Below, piece by piece: positions 1 through 12,530 of a DNA stretch of 64,000 bases (position 1 is the stretch's first letter; every line of letters starts with the position of its first letter). The translations under genes were made by a program, and so were the position numbers. Source of the DNA: Takakia lepidozioides (taxonomy: Eukaryota > Plantae > Bryophyta); the NCBI GenBank assembly GCA_030704615.1, contig CM060732.1, positions 24,180,001-24,244,000 of the forward strand, given 5' to 3'. A model generated the notes under the pieces. That model ran no database searches. It had not been told where the DNA came from and was given only the letters and a program-made list of their open reading frames with translations.

Positions 1-154
1 CGGTCAATATGAGTAGATACACTTTCTGTCTTCCTCAGGTTACACTTAGAGGTCTATAAAGCATATCATATTTCGCCTCCCACTGATTCACAATTCCATC
101 TGTTTGTCTCCTTTTGGCTTGACCACGACTGTTTGTCTTTTGACACCAGGGCAG

Positions 155-3100
155 ATGTGTTGCCCAGGGCCTAATGTCCCCCCCCCGCCCCAGGGGATAG
201 ATCGTCAGAAGCACTGCATTCTGGTTGCAGCATCAAATCCGCACCGTCTCCCCACGCCTGTGATCCGGCCCCCTGTCCCTGCTCTCATGCAGCAAAGCGC
301 TAACGGGGAATTCCAGGCAGAACAGTGGTGGCTTGCTGATGGAGAAACAGTAGCCAAGGCTTTTCCTCAGGTACTGACAAAATGCATGCCACTTACTAAG
401 ATTGGCTTCTTTTGGTAGGGCGCTGTTTGAGTTACTTTGAAGGTTCTATGCACTTGCATGATTATTACGTTTAGTTTCTGTAGAGCAAGTATTAATCTGC
501 TCTTAGTAATCCATGTTGGTGCAATTGCACGGGTGCAATCTAAGGGCTTGAGGAGTGCAATCTTACTTTGTTCAGTCCTTGTGTACATCACAAGTAAACT
601 CATTGATGGTAGCATGTGTTGCCAGTGATCCGGTAGGCCAGTCGGTAGTCTTGGATCAGCCAGGATGTGATGGGATGGATTATTTTGTGCAGTGCCACGT
701 GTCTCTCTCAATCATTGCACCACGGCAGCTTCCATTGCTACGTGCAATCTACAATGGGGTTTGTTTTCCTGCTGCTTCTGCTCCCCTCATCGTTTGCTCG
801 TTGCAGGAGTTTGCAGTTCTTCTACAGTGGCTGGTTCGCAATTTGGTTGGAGAGAGAGGGGTGGACAGAGACATAGACACTTCCGTAGTCAAAGTCTTTG
901 CCATGCTACAAAGCTGGACCCCTGCATTTTTAACCCTATGGGACATTACAAGGGTGTGGCAATCTTCATATAGAGCTGCAATATGAAGCAGGTCCCATTT
1001 TGCTTAGTTGGTCTTTACTCCTAAATGGGCCTGGTTGCTCTGAGTACTGGAAAAGGATTAACACCTAACAACAGTGACATTTCCAAAAGGTGTCTGCACG
1101 ATTTGTTGCATCTGCATTTAAATGTGCCAGAAACCTCCTCTTTGGTGGGTGCAGCTCTCAGTTTTCCATGAGACCACTGATCAAAATACCATACTGGCCT
1201 GAGGGCTTCCATATCAGAGTTTGTGTTAGATCTGTTGTATCAGTGGCATGAAACATACACACTCACCCAGACAAAATTATACTGAGGAAAAATTATCTTA
1301 AACCTCATGCCAAATCATGCTGCAGGCCAAGCGCAATCCACGTGCTCTGGAGCCTGGGTCGGACACATCAAAGCAGTATCCTCAGCATTTGGTCCTACTC
1401 TCAGAGGGGTTTATGGAGGGTCGGATGGCCCTGCGGCGGGCTGTGGTGACATCTAATGCACTGGTGGCACCTGGGATAACTGCCAAAGTAGAACACCAAA
1501 ACGTGGCTCTGTCAACGCTCAGCAATCCCAGCCAGCCCCCAGCAGGTAGTGTTTGACCTTCTGTTACTCCTGTAAGTTTAATGCAAATGAGGGTTGGACT
1601 GTGTGGAACCTCACAGCAATGTGGTAGATTGACATTCACTCTTTGCTCATCATGAGAGAGAGAGATAGATGTATGCTCATGACTAGTTGCTGCAAGTGTT
1701 GGCTATTATGAGGTACGCTTCAGGGCATAGTCCCCATTGGATACTCCTGGAGCATGTCGTGGGTTTTAGGTGTAGGAAACTTACATTGACAGTATACTAG
1801 AAAGCACGAGTTCGATTCCAGCACCGTTAACTGTAGTCCTTTACCTTGCAACAGCTTTGCTACACATGTTGCAGTGGCACTACACACAGAGACAACTAGG
1901 GACAACAAGCTTTCTGGCTTGCCTTAAAGTTCTTTTGGCTACACATTAGCCATTGCAATTATAAGCTACTCCAGGCATCCCCTGCTTGTGGGATTCTATT
2001 GAGGCAAACAATGTCTCATGAGTACATTCTATTGAGGCACGTACTGGTTGTGGTGTGCAGCAATGACAGGTATAGCAGGGCGGCAGACCTCAAATGGAGT
2101 GGTCAATGTCAAAATGGTACATACTTAGATGCCTCTCTCTCTCTCATATGTGTATGTTCCTTTCTAATTTCTCTTGTAGTTCTGTACTAGCCACTTGTCT
2201 TCGTATTGGCCCAATCTCAAATCTCTGATGCATGGACGTGACTATTGCTGTAGTTACTAAAGGTTGTCTGTGGTGGCATTGCATGCTGGCTCCTAGGCTG
2301 GGCTCCATGTTTTTTGTAATTCTTGGATAGTCTACCGCTAGAAATTGTATTTATCAAAAGACTGAAGAGTGCACAAAGATTTCTGTCAAGTCCCTCTTAC
2401 GAAGTCATTAGCCACGAGAACAACTTTTGCAGCTTTTGTGGAACCCTCAAACACCATGAACTCGCCTCTATCTTTCAGAGTCTTCCAAAGGCTCACTTGT
2501 CTTAGGCTGTCTCTTGCTCAGGAGGCTGCATCAGGACAGGGGCTTGTCCCGACCTCAGGAGCACTGCCTTCGCTTTTGCACAGCACCGTGGGCACCCCCC
2601 CTCTCCAAATGCAGCACCCCTCTTCCTCAGGTCACTCAGGCCCAGATACGCTTCAGACCTCTGAAACTTCAGCTTCCAATCAAGATTTCAAACCCCCTGG
2701 GTCCCTTGCGGCGAACTCTGCAGCTGCCCTGGCCTTGTTAAACAACACACCTTCCCAAGCACGCCATGGGGCAGGGACTAACACCCTGGGCACCACAAGT
2801 GTGGCACCAGCTGGCATGTCGAGTGCTAGCATGATCTCTACAGGAGTCTCCAATCCCCTGTCTATTGGGCAATCGACTACCCTGGGGGCCACTGGAAGCC
2901 AGCTTGGTGTTGTAGGAGTGGCTCCGAGCTCTGTGGGCATGGGGACTGGTATCAATGTGGGACAGAACACACTAGGAGTAGGAGCCCACGGGAACAATGT
3001 GAACCTTGTGGGCACCAGTAGCCTCAGTTCTGGCCAAGGGGGAAGTACAGTCAACAGTATGGTTACAGGTGGACAGCCTGGGGTGGGACTTTCACAAGTT

Positions 3101-6100
3101 TCAGTAACCGGCGGAGGACAGCCTCAACCAACTGCACCTGGCGTACTAGCTGGGCTTGGGGGGACACCAACCGTTGGGTTGGGGACAGCTGGTGTGAGCT
3201 CAGGGGCAGGGACCATGATACCCACACCAGGGCTTACTCAGCCAGGTGGTCAAGGCATACAGTCTCATGGAGCCAGTAACAGTGTGCTCCCCAGCAGCCT
3301 GCATGGTCAGTCTGCTGGCACAACACTGCCTCAGCAGCAGCAGCAGCAGCAATTTAAGTATACCAAGCTTTGGGAGGTAAGTCTAGCTCCAATTTTATGC
3401 TCCACTTAATCATAGATCCTCTGTGCTCTGCCTGTCGCAGTCCTATCTTATTATCGTAAACCAGTCCCTACATAAACAAACTATGAGCAAGATAACCACC
3501 CAACCTAGAATCCTCTACTTGCCACTTGCTAAGGAGTATTCTCTAAGTCATGTAACCTGCTATTTTCTCAGCCTTGCTCTTCAAGGACAGCCTGTGTCTC
3601 CCCCTAGTGTCTCACATCAATACTCGCTGTGAGAATACCCTTTGGTATCCCCTTACTTGCTACCCTCAGATCTAACCCTTGGTCTTTACCATTCTGATTG
3701 TTCCCCTTCCCTTACTCGGTCATAAGTCTCTTCAGCTTCTGACATATTCTATATATTTATATATACGTCTGACACCAACCAGAGTTAGCGGAAATAAGAA
3801 CCTCTTCCCCTTGAGCCTTTCTTCTGGTATAACTTTCTATTTCCAGCTTTGCTTAGCCACTAACCTAGGCTACAAACCTAGTCCGTGACATTCTCTACCC
3901 CTTCAAGGTCATTGTCCTCAATGACAAACTCTAGATACTGCTCCCGTAGTATCCGTAAGTGGAAGCCCATGCCACACAACCAAACACTCCTTGATAAGCC
4001 GATAACGTAACCTGTGCTCTCTTCTATCCAAGATTCGACAAGCTCCATGCGCATCACTGTCAGCCTCCTGCAGAAGTATGGTGCCTTCAACTAAGTTACT
4101 GTATCTTGAGCTTGCTAGCTTGAAACACTGGATGTATCTTGCATGTATCTGGAAGCTCTAGTTTATATGCCACATCATTAATTCGTTTTTCACTTACCCA
4201 AGGTCCACAATACCAAGGTGATAACTTCCTGCAACTCTTCTTTTTGCTCTTCCCTTTCTCGAGGGTAGCGGCTGAAGATGGAATCAAAAGGAAGACTGTA
4301 TCCCCTTCCTCAAACTCTCTGTGCGTGCGTTTCTTATCCGCTTATGTCTTGGCCCTATCTAAGGCCTTGCAAATATTCAGCCTTGCACTTGCTATCTGTT
4401 CTTGCATTTGAGTTACAAACTCCGTCGCGCACTAGGTACGTCATTTTTTGAAACACCCAGAGCACTTGTGCTGGCTGGTCTATAGCCATATACTAACTCG
4501 AATGGACTTACACCTGCAGAAGAATATTTCTTGTCCTTGTAGGCAAACTCCAATAATGGCAAATACTATTCCCATCTAGTCTGTTTCTCACTCACATAGG
4601 CTCTCAACATTATCCTCTAGATCTTGGTTGACCCGCTCGGTCTGTCCATCACTTTGTGGATGATCTTACACTACTCATGTTCAACATGGTTTCCAGAATC
4701 TGAAAAGCAGCTGTCCAAAAATGACTCGAAAATCTAGGATCTCTATCCGATGCCGTGGACTCGGGCTGTCCATGTAACCGAAAGATATTGTGAACAATTC
4801 TGCTACCTCAGCAGCTCTAACCCTCTTCTTGGTAAGAATAAAATGCGCCATCTTAGATAACCTGTCCACAACTACTACTACTGCATCTTTCCCCCGTTCC
4901 CCATTCCAATGAATGCAAAAAGCCTGGAATTTTCGAGGCGGTCTCAGAATGAACTAATCCCTCTTTTTGCGCATTAGTATCTTGGTTAACCTTTTGCCAC
5001 ACACTTTGGATATATCATTGATGTCTTGAGCTGCTCTTATCAAAAGTGCTATCTATCACTGTAAACCTCATCTGATACATACTATGAGATAGTGCATCAG
5101 CATCCACATTATCTTGACCTTCCTATATTGAATCTCTATATGAAGTTCTTGCATCAATTCTGACCATCTAGCTTGACGTCCTGAGAGATTACGCTGGTTA
5201 CACAAATACATGAGGGTGTAAATTGTGCCCCATACAAATAATATACCTTCAAAGCATGTGTGATAGCATACAACTCCTGCTCATGAGTGGGATATCGCTG
5301 TTGAGCTGGATTCTGCTCCCTACTTTCAAAAGCAATTGGCTCATAAGGTAACCGAGGTTTGAGGAAAATCTGGTTATCAAGCTAATAGCTTTAGAACTGG
5401 AACACAGTGAGCATCCACTTGGTGGGTGACATTTAAGTTCTCATGGTAAGATAGGAAGCTGTGTATGTTTTTATTCTCTTGTCAGTATGTGTTCTTCATT
5501 TTTGCACAGGGAGTATTAGCAGGGCAAAGACAAGGAAAGCCTGTTCCAATTTGCAAGCTTGAGGTAATTAGGCTGACCTTCCCTGCTACTTCTAACCAAG
5601 ATAAAATGCATTACAATGTTATCTCTTCTTTCTTTCTGGTTGTCTGTGCGTGCTGCTTCTTAGTCAGTGCAATCTTAAAGGAGTAACAAGCAGATCTTGA
5701 CCGCATGCAGCCCCCCAATGTCTGTGCCCTGGCTGGTACAATAGGCATTCAGGTCAGGTGAGTGTCTTTTTCTTTACCTGTGAAAACACTCCATTTTAAC
5801 CAACACCAATCCAAGATTGGAACCTTTCACATACAAGGATAATTTTTTGCGAAGCATCTCAGAATAGGTGTTTTGTTTCCTACAAAGACTGGGTCCACTT
5901 CACTTGGGCTTCCTGCCATCATGATGGATGGTGAAATATAGGTGCAGTGTCACTGCTGACCAAGCCCTACTTTGGGTGAGGTTTACATTACATGACTGAT
6001 AGAGGGTGGCCTTAGACACTGACAATGCATGAGGCTCCCATTTTGTATGGTAGAATCTTGTTTACCAACGGGGAGGACTACGCACTGGTACCATTTTTAT

Positions 6101-9100
6101 ATTGGTCCTGGTACATTCACCAGGTACAAGCCATAGTACAGATCTACCATATTCTCATCTACCCTCAGTACGTATTACCCTGTTTTGAGGTAAGGTTTTG
6201 AGGAGATAACCACATGTTGGAATTCACATGTGGGTATTCACCACTCCTTAGAGAACCTCTTGTAAAGAAGGCCAAAAGCTGCAAAGGCAACAAAAGAGGC
6301 CCAAGGCCCAGAATGAAGGATGAGGTCCTCAGAAGAAGCAAAGTGTCTGGAACTATTTTTGAAGTGAGAACTACCTTTAGAGCGAAAAGCTTGAAGACCC
6401 TATCAAATGAAGCAACTTGAAGAAGAAGGCTCCTGACCTGAAGAACAGAATGAAGGCTGGGGGATCCTCTTAAGCATGGATGGCCAGTGAACATGCAGAA
6501 ACCTAAGCGGTTGCCACAAAAGACTACTAACCTTTCTTCCAAGGTAACTTTGGAGATATAGACACTGACAATTTTCTATGACATTTTGGAGCCTGATGGG
6601 CATGGGTCAGAGGGAGGAAAGACCTTATATGGGGCATGGTATGGGTGTGGCAGGGCTACCGGCAAACTATCTCGCCTGAAAAGTATGTGCACCTGTCCAA
6701 CCTCTTGTCAAACTCTGATATTTCTATCTCTAACCTCCTCAGTGTGCATAGTTGCTGCCTTGAGGCTGGTTGCTGCAATGTGAAACCAGAATGTGTATCT
6801 TGTTGAGACGAGATCATGCATGATGTATTGAAAGAGGTTTATTTTACTGTAGTAAAGTGTTTGGGGCATTTCCAGTGGTATCTGTGCATTTGCCACCTAT
6901 TGTGGACCATTTATGCAGTGTGTGGTGCATCCATCCTCATGTATGGGCATCACTGTTTCTCTGTTATCACCTTCATTGCCTCTTAAGTGCCTTACTCGGG
7001 GATTCCAATTGCCATTCTCTTTTCTTAGGAGGGGAGAGGACAGTGGCAAGATATTCCTTTACTCTTAGGAACTAATTGTCTGCGGTAGAGCAGTTAATTG
7101 GTGGACTAATGAGATTAAACACCCCTTTTTTTGTGAAAAATTGAACTTAGTTCTCAGAATTCGTCGCTAGTAGTGCGGAGCAATGCGAAGCCCCGGTAGC
7201 CCTTGCATGGCACTTTAAGAAAAGAACAGGACGGGTAGCTCAGTGCTAGAGCACCCCACCAGAATGGGGGAGGTCCTAGGTTCAATCCCTAGCCCAACCA
7301 TACGCGAGTGGTTTTCCAACATATGAGTATGCTCCCGATAAATTCAATATTTTTGCTTTTTGCAAGCAGATTGATGGCAGCACTGATTATACAACAGCAT
7401 AGTGTAAATTACAATGTCGCCACTGCGTTTGGGGCAATGTGTGCGAGTGTGATCAGGAATCTTGCACACACACTCACACACACACACATAAAGGGTTGCA
7501 AGATAGCATGTTTTCCGTGAAGGTGCAGTGCACAACTCACATTTTTGTGCATTTGTTGGTAAACATCAGTGATCAAATACCTCGCCGTGACCAAAAGGGC
7601 AGCCTCGAAAAAATGTAAACGGCAGTCATGTATGACAAAGGCCAGATGTCAAGGCCTTTCTTTTAAAAGTGCCTTGTACCCCCGATGAATTTCTTCTACA
7701 TGCACCGAGCATGCAATGTTTAGTCAGCTTAGAACATACTGCGTTCATATATAAGCAAATTGTGAGGAGGGGATGGGTTGGTGTTCACCTTGGCAAGGTG
7801 TGAAAGGCTATGAGTTCACACAGAAAGTGTATGTCTGTTTTGTAACTAGTTCAACTTTGCTTACTGCTGCTTCGTGCAGCTTTCTCAATATCAATCAAAT
7901 ATCTAACACCGTATCCTCACACATCGCGGCATAAACTTGCACTTGTTCAAGTTGGCAATCATGCTTATGATTGTGGCTTTTTACAGGATGAATGGTCTGG
8001 AACGGCTACGGTATGCCACGGTGAAGGAGAATATAGAACCTGAGAGTGTTCAGACGAGCCCTCTATAAAGAGTGCTGCAATTAGAGAATTGTGGGCGAGG
8101 TACTACCAGCTCCGTAAAGATATCAATCAGCTTGTTAGGTCTCAGAAGAAATTATACTGGGACAAGTTATACAGTGAAATAAACTCAAATCACCATGGTG
8201 GTAATGACAAGAAATTCTGGTTGGCCCTTCAACGTTTGTACAAACCGAAAAACGGTCAGCAAGTACAAGCGCTGAAGACTACTAAAGGTGCAGTGGTGAC
8301 TTCATCGGTTGACATTGTCAAAACCTTTGAAACTCACTACAGTATCCTTGGCAGAACTTCTAGGTCTAACAGTGAGGGGTCTTCTGCTGAATGGAGGGAC
8401 AGTTGGAAAAACTGTTCCTATGATTCAAAACAGCCCTGATGAACTGGAGTATATTTCAATGGCTTATAATGCTCCCATTAGTTCTTCTGAGATTGTGGAA
8501 GCAATTGAACATTTAAATGGATATAAAGCTGGTGGACCTGATGGTATTGTCAACAAGCTTATCAAGCACGGTGGCGATCCCATGATAGAGGCCCTAGTTC
8601 TCCTCTTTAACCTTATCTGGAAGACTGAAATGATCCCCTTTCGCTGGCGACAGGGGGTCATTGTCAATCTATACAAGAAGGGTGACAGAGAAGAACCGGG
8701 GAACTACCGTGGCATCACGCTCCTCAATGCTGTTGGCAAGACATTCTGCAGAGTTATAAGTACTCGTCTCGAGGTTGATCTGGAGTCCAGAGGTTGTTTC
8801 CACGAAGGACAAGCTGGCTTTCGGCGAAACAGGGGCTGTGTGGATCATATCTTCACTCTAAGCCAGATTATCCAGGGAAGGAAAAAAGAAGGGAAACCCA
8901 CTTATGTCTTTTTCCTGGATGTCAAAAAGGCTTATGACACAGTGTGGAGGGATGGCCTATGGTTCCGCCTCTGGTCTTGTGGGATCAAGGGAAAGATGTG
9001 GAGAGTTGTCCACAACTTGTATGCTCACACCAAAAGCTGTGTCACTGTTAACGGACAGAAGTCCAACTTCTTTGACATAGACCAAGGTGTAGCTCAAGGA

Positions 9101-12100
9101 TGTACTCTCTCCCCTCTGCTCTTCAATGTTTTCATCAATCAACTCCTCGAGGATGTGGAAAGTGAGGGATTTGGGTTAAGGGTGGGTGATACCACCATAC
9201 CAGCCCTTATGTTTGCGGATGACTTCGCAGGCATAGGGGAGACTCCAACCAATCTCCAGGAGTTGATTGATTGCGCAAAGAGATACTTTGATCTTTGGGG
9301 GCTAGAGGCTAATGTCAGCAAATGTGCAGTGGTAGCATTCAACGACAGAGGAGAGGGAGGAAGTGATCTTAAGTGGCAGTGGGGTAGCCAAGAGATCCCG
9401 GTCCTCCCTTCCTACACTTACCTGGGCGTTGAGTTCTCCTCCAATTGTAATTGGGATGCACATATCCGGAAAGTTGTTCAAACTGGCAAGGGCAAAGCTC
9501 TGGGGCTCACTAAATTTTTCCACTGCAGAGGGGTCAACTCTGAGGTTAAGAAAACGATGCTTTGTCGCGTTATTAGACCTGCCTTGGAGTACGGATCTGC
9601 AATATGGGTTGATAACTCCAACCAGGCTAAGTCTCTAGAATCCATTCAAGTGGGGGTGCTTAAGGAGTGTATGTCAGCATGCTCCAAAACAGCCAATGTG
9701 GCTGTTCGGGGTGAGTTTGGCATTCCGTCCTTAAGCTCCCGACGAGATGAATTCAAGGTCAGATGGTGGGGTCAGCTGCAACATATGCCCAACACCAGAT
9801 ATCCTAAATTAATCGACTCTATATCTTGGAAACAGGACCGCCCTGTCAAACAGGCTAAGTCCTGGCAGAAGAGAGTAGAAGAGATCCTCAAGGACCTGGA
9901 CCTGGATCCGCAAGTCTTGACCCTGCTGGATAAATCTAACTTAGAGGCTGTAGTGTCTGTTGCCATGAGATTGTCTGATGAAAATGAAGTTAGGCAGAAA
10001 ACTTCCCTGAACTTGTTTCCAGTCTGTGACATGGGGGAGGACATCTTGGATGACCTCAAGGGTCTACCCACTCTCGGCACTAGACTGAAATTTAAACTCA
10101 GGGCAGGAAGCCTACCTTTGAACAGCAAACAGAAGCAGAGAGGAAAGGGAGAGTGCAATTGCCCGTTGTGTGGGCAATCTGAAGACAGTATTCATTTTCT
10201 GATACACTGTCCGGGGTTCTCTCACCAAAGAGACGCTCTCTTCAAATCTATTAAGGGAATTGTGCCTGTACCCCTGTTTACCAACTTTGAAAGTCTCGAG
10301 GCTGAGCCAAAAGCCCAGGCCCTCCTGAGGCCTAGTTTTTGGGCAAATCACACACAGCAGATTGATGCTTGTGTGAAGGGATTTCTAGAGGATATCTGGA
10401 AAACCCGGATTAATTCTTTATATGGAGGTAAGTCTTACTACCAACGTCAGCCCCTGACAGAGGTAGGTTCTGTCCCTTTTGTTCCCGCTCAAACTGGGCG
10501 CGGGGTCAATGGCCACAAGGCTACGGCAAACAACGTCTTATGAGTACAATCTTAGGAAGCCAAAACAAGAGAAGAGTACCTGGACTTCCTGGAAAGAGAA
10601 CGGAAAAGAGAGGCACGGGTAGATGAGGACTCCAGGTTCCCCCTCGGCTGGACAGATTGAAATTCTGAGTTTCACGAGTTGATTACCTGATTGGAGGGTT
10701 GCTAAGAGATAACCAAGTGATTATGTTCATCTCAAGGGCAAGGGGATGATTCTGGCTCAGTAAGTGTGGCTTGGTGCCAGAGGTTATTTGTAGAGTGTTC
10801 GTACCTTATAAGTAGATGCAAGGTTTGTTTAATTTTTGTTTTTGTATTGTTGATGTGACAGATTGGCTGCTGATTGGCCAGCCACAATGCAGATAGTACG
10901 TCTGATTGCCCAGGATTACATGAACAGCAAGTACGCTAACCTCCCCGGCTTTTTGTTTTCTTACAAATTCTATTTTCTGAAAGTGATAAATGCTGAACAT
11001 TCTTGAAGAGGTCTTGTACATTTGTGTTTCTATGATGTTTTTATTTCTCAGTACGTCTGCACCCTCTGTCAGAAACTGATGAAGTCAGTAGGGGAGTTAT
11101 GACAGCTGTCACTGTTATATAGTATCTAGTTGATGGTCTCATGCCCTTGGATTGACTCTCCGAGTGATGAGACTCCATTCTTTCTGGATTCCTTCCCTTT
11201 TGCTATATTTCATTTCCTTGTCGTTTTGTCCTAAGGCTTTCGCTTTCATCTCATGTGCTCTTCTTAACCTTTGATGTGCCTATCTTTTAATCTTTGGTTA
11301 CCTCTCAGATGTCAGTTCAGAGTTTACTAGGCTCCCACGTTTATATATGTTTTAATGTCTCCTTGATTAATCCCTTGGCAAAGAGATTTGAACTCTCATC
11401 CGCCATCTGCTGATTCCAGTAGCCTACTGTGAACATGTAGGGAGGATAGAAATTGCAGTAAAAATCTTATATTGGGGTACTTTGATTCAGGGACTACCAA
11501 GGCAGGGCAGAACTTCTGGTGTTCCGACCTCTTTCATCCCACGGCTTTCTAGTGCAACTTGCTGAAAAAAAATTGGTATGCTAAACAAATTGTATTTAAT
11601 TACTTGGCCTCCTTTTGGACATGATACATTAATTACATCTGTGCTGCTAACGAGTTACTGGGTGGAATGTATCGAGATTCAGTGTGCAGTGATTCAGCTA
11701 CCATCGCAGACTCTTCTGTTGGCCAGCACTGAGAGGCCCGGCCGCATGATCGGCATGCTATTTCCAGGGGTCTGTCTCTCTCTCTCATAGTATTATATCT
11801 TTTGTACGTGGCACAAGATGAGATGGAGATTTTTTTGTGTTGAGAATCAGGTATGTAGGAAGACCAGTGCGGAAGCCGTAAATCCATCACTGTTCTTGTT
11901 CTGCATAGCAAGATGCTTCATTGATATGTAGAAGTTACATCCTGTCCAAGATACTTTTGCCTTTTTTCAAGGCAGGCGAGATAGAGGTATACTTCTTTAC
12001 ATCGCTTCGGCTAGGATATGCTTCAATTGAAAACGTTAGCAGTTTGGGCAACATTTGCAGCATGAAAGTCACTTCAGATGCCTCGAAGTACTGAAGCTCA

Positions 12101-12530
12101 TTTTGAACAACAAAACCACTTTCTTTTGAACCACACGGCATTGCCAATACTTGGAATATTTATTTCCTGATGGCCAACTGTAAATTCGGGTAGTACCTAC
12201 ACTTTCGCCGTCATGTCTAGATCAGGAATGATGCTTGAAAGGGCTGACTTTGCTGTTCTGGCTGACAGAATTGACAGGTTGGATTTTGTTTTTGTCTCTG
12301 ATCATAGATTTAAATCGATGTGGCAGGATAAGGTGGTGTTCAAGCCACAATTGTCATCCAGTGGTCAACCAGCAGGGGTAACAGGTGGAGCCACTGTGGG
12401 GGCAGCTCAGTCTTTAGGTCAGACAATGGGACAAACAACTTTCTCGCAAGGTCAATTGAGCACCCAACAAGCACGATCTCAGCTCATGCCAGGTCCGGCT
12501 AGTCTACAAGGTTCCAGTTTCTTGCCATAA
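155..12530 (+). CDS. MED25: Mediator subunit 25 (PFT1), 3' part; the 5' exons lie upstream of the window. Exons 155-370, 693-758, 1326-1545, 2061-2116, 2522-3376, 5510-5563, 6654-6682, 10862-10930, 11491-11575, 11683-11769, 12327-12530
   Basis: All junctions are GT-AG with consistent phases. vWA-end peptides: HCILVAASNPHRLPTPV, SLSIIAPRQLP, HLVLLSEGF. ACID-domain peptides: KYTKLWEG-LAGQRQGKPV, GYRQ, LAADWPATMQIVRLIAQDYM, CAVIQLPSQTLLL..RMIGMLFPGDKVVFKPQ, matching plant MED25. Confidence 0.93.
2007..2025 (+). mobile_element. Ultra-short 3' terminal fragment of the RTE-X-like LINE, with a 14-bp TSD
   Basis: ggcaaacaatgtctcatgagtacattct matches the LINE 3' end (ggcaaacaacgtcttatgagtacattct). 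It is flanked by the perfect direct repeat attctattgaggca (1993-2006, 2026-2039). Confidence 0.8.
3433..4900 (-). mobile_element. Degenerate Ty3/gypsy chromovirus remnant (integrase C-terminal half, chromodomain region, PPT, probable 3' LTR ~3433-3890) in a MED25 intron
   Basis: Minus-strand peptides VVDRLSKMAHF, HPQSDGQTERVNQ, KLSPWYCGP..NDVAYKLELPDTCKIHPVF..SKLK and terminal EDNDLEGVENVT. The purine tract gaaggggtagagaa precedes TGTCACGG at 3890. Many stops and frameshifts. Confidence 0.85.
7229..7300 (+). other. tRNA-like sequence (pseudo-tRNA or tRNA-derived SINE head)
   Basis: 72 nt with a D arm GCTC/GAGC containing an A box (TAGCTCAGTG), a perfect T arm CTAGG-TTCAATC-CCTAG (B box) and an anticodon arm CCCCA/GGGGG with nominal anticodon AGA. 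The acceptor stem has two adjacent mismatches. Confidence 0.7.
8420..10543 (+). CDS. LINE reverse transcriptase plus C-terminal Cys/His knuckle (open 707-aa segment from the first in-frame ATG; no endonuclease domain)
   Basis: Part of ORF 8309-10543, with intact RT motifs. The upstream part is frameshifted by a 2-bp deletion near 8400 relative to copy 2. Confidence 0.85.
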   Translation: MIQNSPDELEYISMAYNAPISSSEIVEAIEHLNGYKAGGPDGIVNKLIKHGGDPMIEALVLLFNLIWKTEMIPFRWRQGVIVNLYKKGDREEPGNYRGITLLNAVGKTFCRVISTRLEVDLESRGCFHEGQAGFRRNRGCVDHIFTLSQIIQGRKKEGKPTYVFFLDVKKAYDTVWRDGLWFRLWSCGIKGKMWRVVHNLYAHTKSCVTVNGQKSNFFDIDQGVAQGCTLSPLLFNVFINQLLEDVESEGFGLRVGDTTIPALMFADDFAGIGETPTNLQELIDCAKRYFDLWGLEANVSKCAVVAFNDRGEGGSDLKWQWGSQEIPVLPSYTYLGVEFSSNCNWDAHIRKVVQTGKGKALGLTKFFHCRGVNSEVKKTMLCRVIRPALEYGSAIWVDNSNQAKSLESIQVGVLKECMSACSKTANVAVRGEFGIPSLSSRRDEFKVRWWGQLQHMPNTRYPKLIDSISWKQDRPVKQAKSWQKRVEEILKDLDLDPQVLTLLDKSNLEAVVSVAMRLSDENEVRQKTSLNLFPVCDMGEDILDDLKGLPTLGTRLKFKLRAGSLPLNSKQKQRGKGECNCPLCGQSEDSIHFLIHCPGFSHQRDALFKSIKGIVPVPLFTNFESLEAEPKAQALLRPSFWANHTQQIDACVKGFLEDIWKTRINSLYGGKSYYQRQPLTEVGSVPFVPAQTGRGVNGHKATANNVL

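Larger units (their letters stand above)
7072..10549 (+). mobile_element. RTE-X-like LINE copy 1, 5'-truncated, interrupted by ~930 bp of foreign DNA (7121-8052)
   Basis: TSD tcttaggaa at 7063-7071 and 10550-10558. Segment 7072-7120 matches the in-frame LINE sequence at 22017-22065. RT motifs are GNYRGITLL, EGQAGFR, FLDVKKAYD, QGCTLSP, LMFADD and YLGV. The C-terminal LRAG...CPLC..ED..HFLIHC knuckle is typical of RTE-X. Confidence 0.9.

Noticed and set aside
7072-7120. Separate 50-bp dispersed repeat or ribozyme (also at 22017-22065)
   Set aside because: It translates in frame as LINE ORF sequence (LIVCGRAVNWWTNEIK), so it is part of the LINE.
7229-7300. Functional tRNA-Ser(AGA) gene
   Set aside because: Two acceptor-stem mismatches, an anticodon-stem mismatch, no U33 and no long variable arm as expected for Ser.
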